Below are positions 19,623 through 29,963 of a stretch of 51,487 bases of DNA, piece after piece; position 1 is the first letter of the stretch, and each line of letters opens with the position of its first letter. The DNA is from Candidatus Glassbacteria bacterium. GTDB taxonomy: Bacteria; Gemmatimonadota; CAZMKB01. The stretch is taken from the NCBI GenBank assembly GCA_046760905.1, contig JBHIFB010000003.1, positions 1 through 51,487 on the forward strand. The letters are read 5' to 3'. Both the position numbers and the translations under genes were made by a program. The notes beneath the pieces were generated by a model. It had not been told where the DNA came from. It did no database searches and saw nothing but the letters and a program-made list of their open reading frames with translations.

Positions 19623-20630
19623 ATGCCAATTAGAATCGGTCTCGTGGGAGTCGGTGCTATCGCCCAGGTGGCACATTTACCGGCCTATGATAAGATACAG
19701 GGAATAGAAGTCACAGCCCTCTGCGACAGAGATGAGGAGAAAACAAGTGTCGTTGCGGGCAGGTATGGGATAAGAAAAGTCTACACTAGGTACGAAGACC
19801 TCCTAGGTGACCCTGAAATCGACGCGGTGGATGTGTGCATACCTAATTACCTGCATTATGATGTCGTTACTCAAGCGGTGGAAAGAGGCAAGGACGTTAT
19901 TTGCGAAAAACCGCTCTCGCTGAATTCGAACGAAGCGAAGCGGATAGTGAACCTGGTGGAGAAACACAACAGGAAACTGCTAGTTGCGTTCAATAACAGG
20001 TTTCGCCTGGATACATCGATCATAAAAGCTAGAATCGAGCAGGGAGAACTCGGCAAAATAATGTATCTGAAGACCGGCTGGCTGAAGAAGAAATTTTCTC
20101 TCTTCAGGCAACCATGGGCCTTCTCACGTATGGAAGCCGGAGGAGGAGCATTTATCGATATGGGAATTCATCTCATTGATGTGTGCCTCTGGCTGCTCGG
20201 TTATCCCGAAGTGAAGAGAGTCTCGGCATTCTTGCATAACGGGCGCGAGGAAGGGAGTGTCGAGGATGGTGGAATAGCCCTCATAGTGACAGAGGGAGAT
20301 GTTTCGATCTTTGTAGAGGTCTTCTGGGGATTACATCTGAAAGAGGGATTCCACTACCTAAATGTATATGGAGAGAACGGTTCAGCCCAGCTCGATCCCT
20401 TTTGCATATATGGTGGCGCGAATGGAGAGATCGTGGACAAGACTCCCAAGATCACAAAGAGCAGGGAGAACATCTTTATAGAGTCTTACAGACACGAAAT
20501 AGAATACTTTGTAGAAGTTCTGGGAGGTAGGGCAGATCCACCACGCCTTGAAGAACAGATCATACTGCATGAGGCGATTGATGCGATTTACCGTTCGGCA
20601 AGGGACGGGACAGAGATAGCACTGAGGTAA
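19623..20630 (+). CDS. Gfo/Idh/MocA family oxidoreductase
   Basis: IRIGLVGVGAIAQ Rossmann start and the EKPLSLN motif. The ATG at 19623 is preferred over the TTG at 19578. Confidence 0.8.
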   Translation: MPIRIGLVGVGAIAQVAHLPAYDKIQGIEVTALCDRDEEKTSVVAGRYGIRKVYTRYEDLLGDPEIDAVDVCIPNYLHYDVVTQAVERGKDVICEKPLSLNSNEAKRIVNLVEKHNRKLLVAFNNRFRLDTSIIKARIEQGELGKIMYLKTGWLKKKFSLFRQPWAFSRMEAGGGAFIDMGIHLIDVCLWLLGYPEVKRVSAFLHNGREEGSVEDGGIALIVTEGDVSIFVEVFWGLHLKEGFHYLNVYGENGSAQLDPFCIYGGANGEIVDKTPKITKSRENIFIESYRHEIEYFVEVLGGRADPPRLEEQIILHEAIDAIYRSARDGTEIALR

Positions 20631-20640
20631 GAAATAGGAT

Positions 20641-22140
20641 ATGATGGCATTGTGGAGGAACCCCCGCTTCCTTCCCCTACTCTCCGGATTACTGCTCACC
20701 CTATCATTTCCACCTTTCAACCTTCTTCTCCCCCCTTTCTTCGCAGTCGTTTTTCTGCTTCTGTTTCTTGAAAGAACCGAATCAACTCGAGAAGTTATTG
20801 CCGGGGCTCTTATCCTTGGGCTGGTTCACTATGTGTCGCTGCTCTACTGGATAGTCATATTCTCCTGGATCGGTTTCTTTCTCCTCATGGGATACCTCAC
20901 TTTTTATCCCATCCTCTGGTGTCTAGTGCACCATTATATGTGGAAGAGGTCAAGGTCACTCTCTCTCTTCATCATGCCATTCTCCTGGGTTTGTTTTGAG
21001 TATTACAGAGGGATCGGCGAGCTCGGTTTCACCTGGGGCCAGCTGGCATATTCACTCACGGGGTTCCCCATACTCTTACAATTCGCGGACACCACGGGTC
21101 CCTACGGAGTCTCCTTCTGGATAGCGGCAGTAAATGTACTCATCTACCTGGCCTATCGTGCGACTGGATCGGCGAGAAGGCTTCTATACCTGTCGATGGT
21201 TGTCGTTTCTTTTGCGTGTGCAGTGGCATACGGATTGGCGAAATACTCAACCTTTGAAGCTGACGGCCACATAAACATAGCAATGGTTCAGCCGGGACTT
21301 GATCAGGATGTAAAGTGGAATCCAGCGTTTCAGGACAGCACCATAATGATACTTTCAGATCTATCGAGGGAGGTCACAGACGAAGAAACCGATTTAGTGA
21401 TATGGCCCGAAACGGCCGTCCCGACGTATTTGAAGCATGACCTTCTCACAATGACGCTGATCTCTGACCTCGCCAGGGAGTTGCATAGCTCTATAATTCT
21501 TGGGGCACCGCACTATGAGGTCCAGGAAGGAGAGTACAGGTCATTCAACATTGCACTGTACTATGATGCAGAAGGCATGATGAGCAGAGAGGTATACAAG
21601 AAGATTCATCTCGTTCCATTTGGGGAAAAGACTCCCTGGGAGGATCGTGTGGAGTTTCTGAGGAATGTGGACCTGGGCGGGGGGCATTTTACCTCCGGCA
21701 CGGATTTCACCATCTTCCGGATTGATTCTGTGGAAATCGGGACACTTATATGTTTTGAATCCATCTTCCCTGAGCTCTCACGCAGCTGGAGGAAGAAGGG
21801 TGCTGATCTTCTGGTGAATATCACCAACGATGCATGGTTTAAGAGGACTTCAGCACCATACCAGCACGCTTCGGCGATTGTCCTGAGAGCCATCGAAAAT
21901 CGTGTTTCCATTGCAAGAGCCGCCAATACAGGCGTCACACTCACGGTTGACCCTCTCGGTAGGATTGGGAAATTCACCAGGATCTTTGTTAGAACGACGT
22001 TATCAGACAGACTCCCCGTCTCGTTAAGGGAGAAGACCATTTACACGGAGTTGGGAGATTTCATCACCATCCCATGCTGGATCGTCTTTCTCTGTGGACT
22101 ATTCGCCGTCCGCATCATGGAAACCGTTGATTCGACTTGA
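20641..22140 (+). CDS. lnt: Apolipoprotein N-acyltransferase
   Basis: N-terminal polytopic region plus a CN-hydrolase domain, with the catalytic Cys context ICFESIFPE and NITNDAWF. Confidence 0.85.
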   Translation: MMALWRNPRFLPLLSGLLLTLSFPPFNLLLPPFFAVVFLLLFLERTESTREVIAGALILGLVHYVSLLYWIVIFSWIGFFLLMGYLTFYPILWCLVHHYMWKRSRSLSLFIMPFSWVCFEYYRGIGELGFTWGQLAYSLTGFPILLQFADTTGPYGVSFWIAAVNVLIYLAYRATGSARRLLYLSMVVVSFACAVAYGLAKYSTFEADGHINIAMVQPGLDQDVKWNPAFQDSTIMILSDLSREVTDEETDLVIWPETAVPTYLKHDLLTMTLISDLARELHSSIILGAPHYEVQEGEYRSFNIALYYDAEGMMSREVYKKIHLVPFGEKTPWEDRVEFLRNVDLGGGHFTSGTDFTIFRIDSVEIGTLICFESIFPELSRSWRKKGADLLVNITNDAWFKRTSAPYQHASAIVLRAIENRVSIARAANTGVTLTVDPLGRIGKFTRIFVRTTLSDRLPVSLREKTIYTELGDFITIPCWIVFLCGLFAVRIMETVDST

Positions 22141-22192
22141 TATTTTGTCCTTCTTTCATTAATTTTATTTGTGATAGAGTTTATAGAAAAAG

Positions 22193-22215
22193 GCAGGTCC
22201 TTTTGACCTGCTTTT
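22193..22215 (+). terminator. Rho-independent terminator after lnt
   Basis: 7-bp stem GCAGGTC (22193-22199) / GACCTGC (22205-22211), a 5-nt loop, then TTTT at 22212-22215. Confidence 0.65.
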
Positions 22216-22249
22216 ATGATAATTCGCTTATATTCAAGGAGGTCACGCT

Positions 22250-22477
22250 ATGAAGAAGGGAATTCACCCCGAATACATGAAATGCAGGATTACCTGTGCC
22301 TGCGGAAACGTGATGGAGACCTATTCAACGGTAGAACAGATCAGCGTTGAAATATGCTCGAAATGCCATCCGTTCTTTACAGGCAAACAGAAACTTGTGG
22401 ATACGGCTGGAAGAGTCGAACAATTCAGGCGCAAATATGGGATGAAGGGCCCGAAGGTAAAGCCGAATGATGAGTGA
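22250..22477 (+). CDS. rpmE: 50S ribosomal protein L31
   Basis: MKKGIHPEY and [19 protein letters not shown] lies 7 nt upstream. Confidence 0.95.
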   Translation: MKKGIHPEYMKCRITCACGNVMETYSTVEQISVEICSKCHPFFTGKQKLVDTAGRVEQFRRKYGMKGPKVKPNDE

Positions 22478-22489
22478 GGTAAGTGATCC

Positions 22490-23551
22490 ATGCTGGCCAG
22501 GGTGAAAGAGATTATCGAAAGACACAGGCAGATCACAGAGCAGCTCTCTGCACCATCAATAATGAATGACCGCCAGAAATACGCTGAACTCGTGAGGGAG
22601 CACAATCATACCTCCAGGGTGGTCGAGACGTATAATGAGCTTTTAAGGGTGGAGGATATGATAAGGAAGGACAGAGAACTCTTAAAAGACGATGAAGACG
22701 AGGAGCTTACCAGCCTGGCCAGATCAGAGATAAGATCTCTGGAACAGGAGAGGGAGAGCATCCTTACCGCTCTCAGGGAGCTTCTTATCCCAAGAGATCC
22801 GTTCGAGGGCCGTAATACCATTGTTGAGATTCGCGCTGGGACAGGGGGGGAAGAAGCGGCCCTGTTCGCCCGTGACCTCTTCAGGATGTATACAAAATAT
22901 GCCGAGAAGCGAAACTGGACGGTGGAACTCATGAGCTCGCATCCTACGGGCATTGGAGGGTTCAAGGAAATTATCTTCATGGTGCGTGGAAAGAATGCTT
23001 ATGGAAGCTTGAAGTACGAAAGCGGTGTCCACCGGGTCCAGAGAGTCCCGGAAACGGAAACCGGCGGGAGGATCCATACCTCGGCTGCAACCGTGGCGGT
23101 CCTGCCGGAGGCGGAGGATGTCGATGTTGAGATCAAAGATAAGGATCTCAGAATAGACGTGTTCCGATCCTCAGGCCCTGGAGGTCAGAGCGTCAACACG
23201 ACTGATTCGGCGGTAAGGATAACCCACATACCGACTGACATCGTTGTTACCTGCCAGGATGAGAAGTCTCAGCATAAGAACAAGACCAAAGCGCTGAAAG
23301 TGTTGAGATCGAGGCTGTTCGATAAGATAATGAAGGAACGCGATGAGGGCAGAGCACAGCTGAGAAGAAGCCAGATATCAACCGGTGACAGAAGCGCTAA
23401 GATCAGAACATACAATTTTCTCCAGAACAGAGTAACAGACCATAGAATCAATCTAAACCTGCATCGGTTATCTGACGTCCTCGATGGAGATCTCGACGAA
23501 CTGGTGGAAGCGTTGGAACTGGAAGAGAAGAAAGAGAGGATGATGCACTGA
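22490..23551 (+). CDS. prfA: Peptide chain release factor 1
   Basis: [22 protein letters not shown] (GGQ motif) and [14 protein letters not shown]. Confidence 0.95.
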   Translation: MLARVKEIIERHRQITEQLSAPSIMNDRQKYAELVREHNHTSRVVETYNELLRVEDMIRKDRELLKDDEDEELTSLARSEIRSLEQERESILTALRELLIPRDPFEGRNTIVEIRAGTGGEEAALFARDLFRMYTKYAEKRNWTVELMSSHPTGIGGFKEIIFMVRGKNAYGSLKYESGVHRVQRVPETETGGRIHTSAATVAVLPEAEDVDVEIKDKDLRIDVFRSSGPGGQSVNTTDSAVRITHIPTDIVVTCQDEKSQHKNKTKALKVLRSRLFDKIMKERDEGRAQLRRSQISTGDRSAKIRTYNFLQNRVTDHRINLNLHRLSDVLDGDLDELVEALELEEKKERMMH

Positions 23552-23565
23552 ACCAGGATCTCCCT

Positions 23566-24456
23566 GTGTCCAATGCCCTTACAATATCCGAGCTTCTCAG
23601 TAAAGGCGTTCGTCTGCTCAAGGAGAGAGCTATCCCTAATCCGAGAACTGATGCCGAGCTTCTTCTCGCCCATGTACTCACAAGAAGCAAACTTTACATC
23701 ATTACAAATCCGGACGAGATAATAGATTCAGGGATGATCGAAGAGTACCTGAAGGCAATTTCCATGAGGGCGTATGGAAACCCGGTGCAGTATATCATAG
23801 GAGCCGCCGAATTCTACAATGTCAGCCTGAAGGTGAATCCGGATGTGCTGATTCCCAGACCAGAGACGGAAGTACTCGTTTCATCCATTCTGGAAGTTAT
23901 ACGGGAGGATGAATTCTTCGAGCACGAGGAGAAGTTGAGTCTGCTCGAAATAGGCACCGGATCCGGAGCCATATCTGTTGCCATCGCTTACGAACTCTGC
24001 CGTGATAAAGATCTGAGGATTGTCGCAACGGATGTCTCAAACCGTGCATTGAAGGTGGCGGAGGAAAACATCAAGAATTACGGTCTTGGTGAACTGATTG
24101 AGCTAAGATTGGGTGATATGTTCGAGGTTATCGATGAAGGAGAAATGTTTCATATCATCATTTCCAACCCTCCTTACGTGAGGAGAAAAGATCTCGAGAC
24201 ACTTCCAGAGGAGGTAAGGGAAAGGGAACCAATGGTGGCTCTCGTGTCCGGGGAGACTGGCTTTGAGCTCATCGATATACTGCTTGGAGAGGGCAGGAAA
24301 CATCTACATCGAGGGGGCATTCTTGCCCTGGAAATGGGTATGGGACAGCGTGATCGGGTGGCAGCCATGTTTGAGAAGAATGGATACCAGCACTATCTTT
24401 TCAGAAATGACCTGACGGGCATACCGAGGGTGGCGATGGCCTGGTGGGGGCATTGA
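23566..24456 (+). CDS. prmC: Release-factor glutamine N5-methyltransferase
   Basis: SAM motif EIGTGSGAI and catalytic NPPY (ISNPPYV). Located directly after prfA. Confidence 0.85.
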   Translation: MSNALTISELLSKGVRLLKERAIPNPRTDAELLLAHVLTRSKLYIITNPDEIIDSGMIEEYLKAISMRAYGNPVQYIIGAAEFYNVSLKVNPDVLIPRPETEVLVSSILEVIREDEFFEHEEKLSLLEIGTGSGAISVAIAYELCRDKDLRIVATDVSNRALKVAEENIKNYGLGELIELRLGDMFEVIDEGEMFHIIISNPPYVRRKDLETLPEEVREREPMVALVSGETGFELIDILLGEGRKHLHRGGILALEMGMGQRDRVAAMFEKNGYQHYLFRNDLTGIPRVAMAWWGH

Positions 24457-24472
24457 GGTAAAAAGTAGTCGT

Positions 24473-25759
24473 TTGGCGGAGAAATACCGCGTGGATAAAT
24501 TCATCATTGAGGGTGGAAAGACGCTCGAGGGGCAGGTGGCCGTATCCGGTTCTAAGAACTCCTGCCTGCCGATAATGGCAGCCAGCTTACTTACGCGTGG
24601 GGAGACTGTCATTGAAAATGTTCCTGCACTGCGGGATGTATACACAATGGCCCGCGTGCTCGAGAATCTGGGCGTTAAAGTCTCGATTGGGAAAGGCCGG
24701 GCCAGCATCACAACCACGGATTACACGGGATTCATTGCACCATACGAATTGGTGAGAACCATGCGTGCCTCGTATTATGTGCTGGGGCCCCTTCTGGCTG
24801 TAATGAGAAAGGCCAGGGTCTCTTTGCCGGGAGGATGTACGATCGGGGCTCGTCCGGTGAATCTTCACATCGATGGATTGAGGGCTTTGGGTGCACGTAT
24901 CGATATCGTGCATGGATTCATCGATGCGAGCGCAGATAAGCTCGCGGGAACGAAAATAAACCTTAGCGGACAGAAGGGGTCTAGCGTAGGGGCAACCATC
25001 AATGTTATGATGGCGGCCACTCTTGCTGAAGGTGTGACTACCATAGAAGGTGCGGCAATGGAACCGGAAGTAGTCGACGTGGCAGGTTTCATCAGGGCTA
25101 TGGGCGGTGATATAGAGGGCGACGGCACCCCTGTCATAACCATCAAAGGTAAGGAGAGTCTGAAACCGGCTCGCTACAAGATAATACCCGATAGAATCGA
25201 GGCCGGGACTCTGGCAGTTGTGGTTGCAATGGTCGGGGGCGATGTCCTTGTTGAAAGCTGTGATCCTGCGCATCTCGCCTATACTCTGGATACTCTGAGC
25301 CGGATAGGGGCCCGGATCGAGACGAGAAGCGATGCGTTTCATATAATGAGCGATGGCGCGAGACGGCTCGAGTGTTTCTCCGTAGAAGCGGCACCGTATC
25401 CAGGCTTCCCAACCGATATGCAGGCACAGTTCATGGCGATGGCGACCCTGATTCGAGGCGTGAGCGTGATCAAGGAATCTATTTTTGAAAATAGGTTCCT
25501 CCATGCGGTGGAACTTGCCCGAATGGGGGCGGACATCACACTCGAAGGATCTGTGGCGCGAGTCAGCGGGGTGGAGAAATTGAGCGGAGCACCTGTTATG
25601 GCATCGGATCTAAGGGCTAGTGCCGCTCTGGTTCTGGCTGGACTGGCCGCTGAGGGAGAGACCCATGTGTACAGAATATATCATCTGGACAGGGGATATG
25701 AGTCTCTGGAGAAAAAGCTCCGCAGTCTGGGTGCCGTGTGTGAGAGGATAACAGATTAG
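24473..25759 (+). CDS. murA: UDP-N-acetylglucosamine 1-carboxyvinyltransferase
   Basis: VSGSKNS and the active-site LPGGCTIGARPVNLH. 428 aa. Confidence 0.95.
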   Translation: MAEKYRVDKFIIEGGKTLEGQVAVSGSKNSCLPIMAASLLTRGETVIENVPALRDVYTMARVLENLGVKVSIGKGRASITTTDYTGFIAPYELVRTMRASYYVLGPLLAVMRKARVSLPGGCTIGARPVNLHIDGLRALGARIDIVHGFIDASADKLAGTKINLSGQKGSSVGATINVMMAATLAEGVTTIEGAAMEPEVVDVAGFIRAMGGDIEGDGTPVITIKGKESLKPARYKIIPDRIEAGTLAVVVAMVGGDVLVESCDPAHLAYTLDTLSRIGARIETRSDAFHIMSDGARRLECFSVEAAPYPGFPTDMQAQFMAMATLIRGVSVIKESIFENRFLHAVELARMGADITLEGSVARVSGVEKLSGAPVMASDLRASAALVLAGLAAEGETHVYRIYHLDRGYESLEKKLRSLGAVCERITD

Positions 25760-25883
25760 GATGCGGGAGTCCTGGTCGTCGCATTGATTTTTCCAGGGAA
25801 GAATAGTTGAAGTTTGTAGTATATTAAAGATATGGATGACAAATTCTTAGGAAAATGGGGAAATGCTTACCGGCTAATTCATC

Positions 25884-25912
25884 TTGCAAAAAACAGGGTG
25901 AAAAATTATTTT
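25884..25912 (+). promoter_or_regulatory. sigma70-type promoter candidate TTGCAA-17 nt-TATTTT upstream of the beta-barrel protein gene
   Basis: TTGCAA at 25884-25889 and TATTTT at 25907-25912, in an AT-rich 244-nt gap. Confidence 0.3.
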
Positions 25913-26003
25913 TGTTAAAAATACACGGATCTCAATACGAAGGGAGGTGATACGTAGAGAGAACCTGAACCGAGGGATACATACTTCCATGGAGGGAAAG
26001 AAA

Positions 26004-26603
26004 ATGAGAAAAGCATTGGTAGTGGTAATCTTCTTTTCGATGTTTGTTTTCAGCAGCACCGGTTTTTCGCAGATAGTGGAAAAGACTTCCGATCTTTCAG
26101 CCTACGTCGGTATCTTGAGTTCTCTCGAAGCCGATGTGAAAATTCAATTTGAAGGACAACAAGAGCAAACAGGTAAGGATGAAGGTGAAACCGAGCTCAT
26201 GTTCGGGGCAAGGTACAACTACAACGTAGACACGAACAATGCTCTTGAGGGCACAATTGGTTTCATGTTCCCCGAGAAGCAGAAAGTTTATCTCTACCAT
26301 GTGAACTACAAGTATAACATCACACTCAGCAATGAGATGGTTGTGCCTTTTGTGACTGGTGGTGTCGGAGCGATCACAATCTCTCCTGATGAAGGGGAGA
26401 GCAGTACCAACTTGTCATTCAATTTCGGTGGCGGACTGGGCTATTTCGTTGGCGAGAACCTGGCGATCAGGGTCGATGTGCGGGACATCATCATGAAGAG
26501 GGGCGATCAGGACATTGAGATCCAGGGTGCCCAGGGTACTATAGAAGGTTACACGGTACAGAACATTGAAGCTACTGGAGGAATTACCTACTATTTCATT
26601 TGA
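26004..26603 (+). CDS. Small outer-membrane beta-barrel protein (OmpW/OmpA-beta-like)
   Basis: The ATG at 26004 follows GGAGGG. Signal peptide MRKALVVVIFFSMFVFSSTGFSQ, alternating beta-strand pattern, aromatic C-terminus GGITYYFI. Confidence 0.65.
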   Translation: MRKALVVVIFFSMFVFSSTGFSQIVEKTSDLSAYVGILSSLEADVKIQFEGQQEQTGKDEGETELMFGARYNYNVDTNNALEGTIGFMFPEKQKVYLYHVNYKYNITLSNEMVVPFVTGGVGAITISPDEGESSTNLSFNFGGGLGYFVGENLAIRVDVRDIIMKRGDQDIEIQGAQGTIEGYTVQNIEATGGITYYFI

Positions 26604-26630
26604 ACTTAGAGAGAAAACCTCGTCACAGGG

Positions 26631-26665
26631 AAATCCCGTTCCCGCCGGGGAACGGGATTTTGTGT
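26631..26665. terminator. Strong bidirectional rho-independent terminator between convergent genes
   Basis: 13-bp perfect stem AAATCCCGTTCCC (26631-26643) / GGGAACGGGATTT (26648-26660), loop GCCG, with T-rich tails on both strands. Confidence 0.8.
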
Positions 26666-26702
26666 ACTGCCGGAACAACAACCTTTGATTTCTGAGGCTG
26701 AT

Positions 26703-27338
26703 TCAATCCCTGCTGCCTAGGGATTCTTTTGCCGTCTTGAGAAGTTCCTCGAGCAACCTGCTGAATTTATCCGTGAGCTGGGCTCTTTCGGAGCTTCCAT
26801 CCCCTCCAAACTTATTGACGAAGATACCGTCACCCGTTCTCTCAAGGAATGTGATTGATCGCTCACCGGAAATTCCTTTTCGTATGATTCCTTCGAAGAG
26901 TGATCGACAGCCCTTCAAACCGAGAGATTTTACCACGAGCTCCCAGAACTTATCGAGCATCGAGAAATAGAATGTAGCTTCCTTTTTCCTCGACAGGTAG
27001 GATAGGAGTTCACCAGCATCAAAAGGTTTTATGACGATTCCGTTTACGTCAGCACCAAGAGCCTTCTCAGCCAGCTCTTCTATTGAAAAGGCGGTCATGA
27101 GGATTATGAAAGCATCCCGCTTCAGCTTCCTGATCCTTGTAGCTGTCTCGATGCCATCTATTCCGGGCATCTTAACATCCATGAGGATAACATCAAATTC
27201 ACTCTCACCGATCTTATCGAGAGCGATATATCCATCTTCTGCGGTGGTCACAGAACACCCGAGTTGCGTGAGCAGTTCCTCGAGGGAATCCCTTATCTGG
27301 GGGTTGTCATCGACTACGAGAATGCTACTGTATGTCAC
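26703..27338 (-). CDS. Response regulator: receiver domain plus a C-terminal domain of about 90 aa and unknown function
   Basis: ILVVDDNPQ, DVILMDVKMPGIDG, ILMTAF. No recognisable DNA-binding or enzymatic output domain. Confidence 0.85.
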   Translation of the reverse strand: MTYSSILVVDDNPQIRDSLEELLTQLGCSVTTAEDGYIALDKIGESEFDVILMDVKMPGIDGIETATRIRKLKRDAFIILMTAFSIEELAEKALGADVNGIVIKPFDAGELLSYLSRKKEATFYFSMLDKFWELVVKSLGLKGCRSLFEGIIRKGISGERSITFLERTGDGIFVNKFGGDGSSERAQLTDKFSRLLEELLKTAKESLGSRD

Positions 27339-28515
27339 TGTTAAAACCCTTTTCTATCGGAAGCGTGATGGCGAAACAGGTTTCTCCTGCTCTGCCGCTT
27401 TTCAGAGAGACGGTTCCGCCATGCTTCCCGACTATAGAGCGGCAAAGAGGGAGACCCAGACCAACACGACCGGCCTTCGTTGAATAGAACGGTTCAAAGA
27501 TCAGGTTTATCCGTTCCTCACAAACGCCTTCGCCGGTATCAGTAACTGTGATCTCTGCTAGATTCTGATTTCCTCCGTTTCCTGTTTGCAGCAATCTGAG
27601 GGTCACGGCTACCTTACCTTCATCTCTGATTGATTCGAGACCGTTTATTATGAGATTGTATATTGCTTGAGTGATTTGCTCCTCATCTCCTTTAACGAAG
27701 ACGGGCTTTCTGGTGAGAGATTTGATGCTCACGCTCTCACTCGCCGGACACCTCATCACGGCCTTCCTTATGGCTTCTGTGGCGGAGAAGAGATCATTCG
27801 ATTTGAAATCGTGCATATCGAACCCTAAGACGCTCTCTATGATCCTGTTACAGCGTCTGACCTGGTCTTTTATCCTGCCTGTCCACTTATTTACATCGTC
27901 CTTCTTTTCCCCTATCTTTGTCTCGAGTATGGAGGCGCAGTTTTCTATGACTCCCAGGGGATTCCGGAGTTCATGGGAGAGACTGAGCGAAAGCTTGCCG
28001 AGAATGGCGAGTTTCTCGGAGCTTTTCAGTTTCTCCCGTGTCGAGCTGAGCTCCCTGTTTATCCTGTTCAAATCTTCTATCATGATGAGCATTGCTGCCT
28101 GGTCTTTCGTGATTTCCTCTACCTTCTGCACCAGTTCTTCGCGCGACCTTCTCAGGTCTGCTGTCTGTTCCTCGATCTCCGCTTCAAGTGAAGACGCTCT
28201 CATCTTTAGTTCTTTCGATTCCTCTCGCAGTGATGAGATGACGTCGCGATAAGCTTCCCAATAGCTGTTGAGAATTGTTCTGAGAAGATTTGTAGCTAGT
28301 AAGTTGATACGTGAGAAGTCTTTCTCGACCATCTCACCCATAGAGAGGTAATTGTTGAAAGCCTCTGAATGGAGCTCCAGGATCTTGTCAAGAGAAACAC
28401 CTCTCCTCATCAATCTGTAGCCCAGTAGCGATGCCAGTTTCAGCTGCTTGGGGTCGCCTTCGAGAACATTCGAGAATACACGTGCATAGAGGATCCGCTC
28501 CTGCTTCTGGATCAA
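27325..28515 (-). CDS. Cytoplasmic sensor histidine kinase (RsbU_N-like N-terminus, coiled coil, HisKA, HATPase)
   Basis: H-box LSHELRNPLGVI and G2 box GRVGLGLPLCRSIVGKHGG. No transmembrane segments. Confidence 0.85.
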   Translation of the reverse strand: MIQKQERILYARVFSNVLEGDPKQLKLASLLGYRLMRRGVSLDKILELHSEAFNNYLSMGEMVEKDFSRINLLATNLLRTILNSYWEAYRDVISSLREESKELKMRASSLEAEIEEQTADLRRSREELVQKVEEITKDQAAMLIMIEDLNRINRELSSTREKLKSSEKLAILGKLSLSLSHELRNPLGVIENCASILETKIGEKKDDVNKWTGRIKDQVRRCNRIIESVLGFDMHDFKSNDLFSATEAIRKAVMRCPASESVSIKSLTRKPVFVKGDEEQITQAIYNLIINGLESIRDEGKVAVTLRLLQTGNGGNQNLAEITVTDTGEGVCEERINLIFEPFYSTKAGRVGLGLPLCRSIVGKHGGTVSLKSGRAGETCFAITLPIEKGFNSDIQ

Positions 28516-29762
28516 GTTTCCCCTCCGCCTGTTCTCTCGAGCTGTCTCAGGAGTTCTTTGATCCTAAGCTCCCTGTCAGTCGATGCCTTCCTGAACCTCT
28601 CAAGGAGCTCCATCTTCTTCTTGAGCTCTTCCTCTATTCTCTTCTTATCAGTGATATCCCTTGCGATCCCAATTATACCGCTTCGCTTCTTTTGATTGTG
28701 GAGAGGATTGCACCTGAATGAAGCCGTGATATAGCTGCCTGACGCTGAAAACATCCTGGCCTCGAACTCAACGGTCTTTCCATTCAGAACTTTCTCCATC
28801 TCCTTTGAATACAGGTCCCTGTCCAGCTCATGTATGAGAGTCTCCAGAGATTTTCCTCTGAGGTATTCACTTGAAAAACCCGTAAGCTCCCTGAGCCGCC
28901 TGTTAACAGATTCGAGCTTTCCACCGTCATCCATGATGAAGATGAAATCGGCTGCCTCTTCGAAGATCTCTTCATAGCGCTGACTGGCCGATCTCAGCTC
29001 CTGCTTAAGGCTTTCGCGTTCCGAGACATCATGCATCCTTGACCAGAGTCCAAGTACCTCCCCGTTTGTTCCCTTTACGAATTTCTCCTCGACCTCGATG
29101 ACCTTTTCATCTCCACTCTTGGAGGGAATCACCACCATATACTTAACATTCTCGAAGGAGCCGGTTTCCTGGGAGTCTGTCTTGATCACCTCGCACACGG
29201 GGTTTTTGATCATGAGGCTGGGACCTTTCTGTTTCCATTCTTCATCGGTGTATCCCAGAACCCGCTCGATCGACTGGCTTATGTAGAGGAGCCGGCCGTC
29301 ACGATCATATATGCAGATTATATCGTCGCTATACTCGCTACTGAGAATCTCTCCGATTCTCATTAAATCAGTTTGCTGGAAAGGCGATTCTGACTCGAGC
29401 ATGAAACTCAGCATCGCATCCATTGAATCCTCGAGTTCGCAGATAGCCCCTACAAGGAGATGTGGCATTCCATCGAGTTCCCTCTCAAGCATCGTAATTA
29501 TTTCCTTCTTTATAGCGAGCATTATCCTGTGAATCGTTCCAAGAGAGGGGAGCTCTGGAAGATCCCAGCTCAGCCGACACTTTTCATCAGTTACAACCTT
29601 TTTTCCAGAAAGAAGCATTGTCGTGAGGCATGAAAGGAATGCGTTGATGAGAGATGACAGTGGAAGACCTTGGGGAACCGAATCCCCGATCGTCTTCATC
29701 ACGCCTTTCTCGAGACTGTGTTTTCGGTTTCTGATGAGGTGGATCAACTTGTTCGCGGACAT
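28512..29762 (-). CDS. Soluble protein with two PAS domains and no kinase core
   Basis: PAS cores DRDGRLLYISQSIERVLGYTDEEW and MDDGGKLESVNRRLRELTGFSSEYLRGKS. The ATG at 29762 is preceded by GGGAGGGGG. The stop overlaps the kinase start by 4 nt. Confidence 0.8.
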   Translation of the reverse strand: MSANKLIHLIRNRKHSLEKGVMKTIGDSVPQGLPLSSLINAFLSCLTTMLLSGKKVVTDEKCRLSWDLPELPSLGTIHRIMLAIKKEIITMLERELDGMPHLLVGAICELEDSMDAMLSFMLESESPFQQTDLMRIGEILSSEYSDDIICIYDRDGRLLYISQSIERVLGYTDEEWKQKGPSLMIKNPVCEVIKTDSQETGSFENVKYMVVIPSKSGDEKVIEVEEKFVKGTNGEVLGLWSRMHDVSERESLKQELRSASQRYEEIFEEAADFIFIMDDGGKLESVNRRLRELTGFSSEYLRGKSLETLIHELDRDLYSKEMEKVLNGKTVEFEARMFSASGSYITASFRCNPLHNQKKRSGIIGIARDITDKKRIEEELKKKMELLERFRKASTDRELRIKELLRQLERTGGGET

Positions 29763-29963
29763 GCTAATTCCCCCTCCCGAACGGATCGAAGCCCTAGGTA
29801 CCCGAACTTTTGAAATTTGCAAAATATATGCCATCGAGATCATAAAAAAAGCCTGCCGCGACCGAAACGGATAAATAATCGGTGACCCTCGACGAAGGCA
29901 TGAAAATTGCTATTTCCATAGTAGTTCAATCTCTGTAAAAAATCGTAGGAGGGACCATATACC

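Noticed and set aside
24587-25504. Long antisense ORFs, for example 305 aa opposite murA. Others are 4156..4875, 10389..11078, 13622..14239, 18251..18832, 33755..34414 and 43298..43876.
   Set aside because: Each lies fully opposite a gene with strong family motifs. None has a recognisable domain, and their composition is Arg/Ser/Pro-rich. They are typical shadow frames.
29763-29963. Short repeats (CCCGAAC twice) and the palindrome TTTGCAAA in the divergent control region between the two signalling operons.
   Set aside because: The motifs are short and could arise by chance in 200 nt. I could not align a clear promoter or operator architecture.
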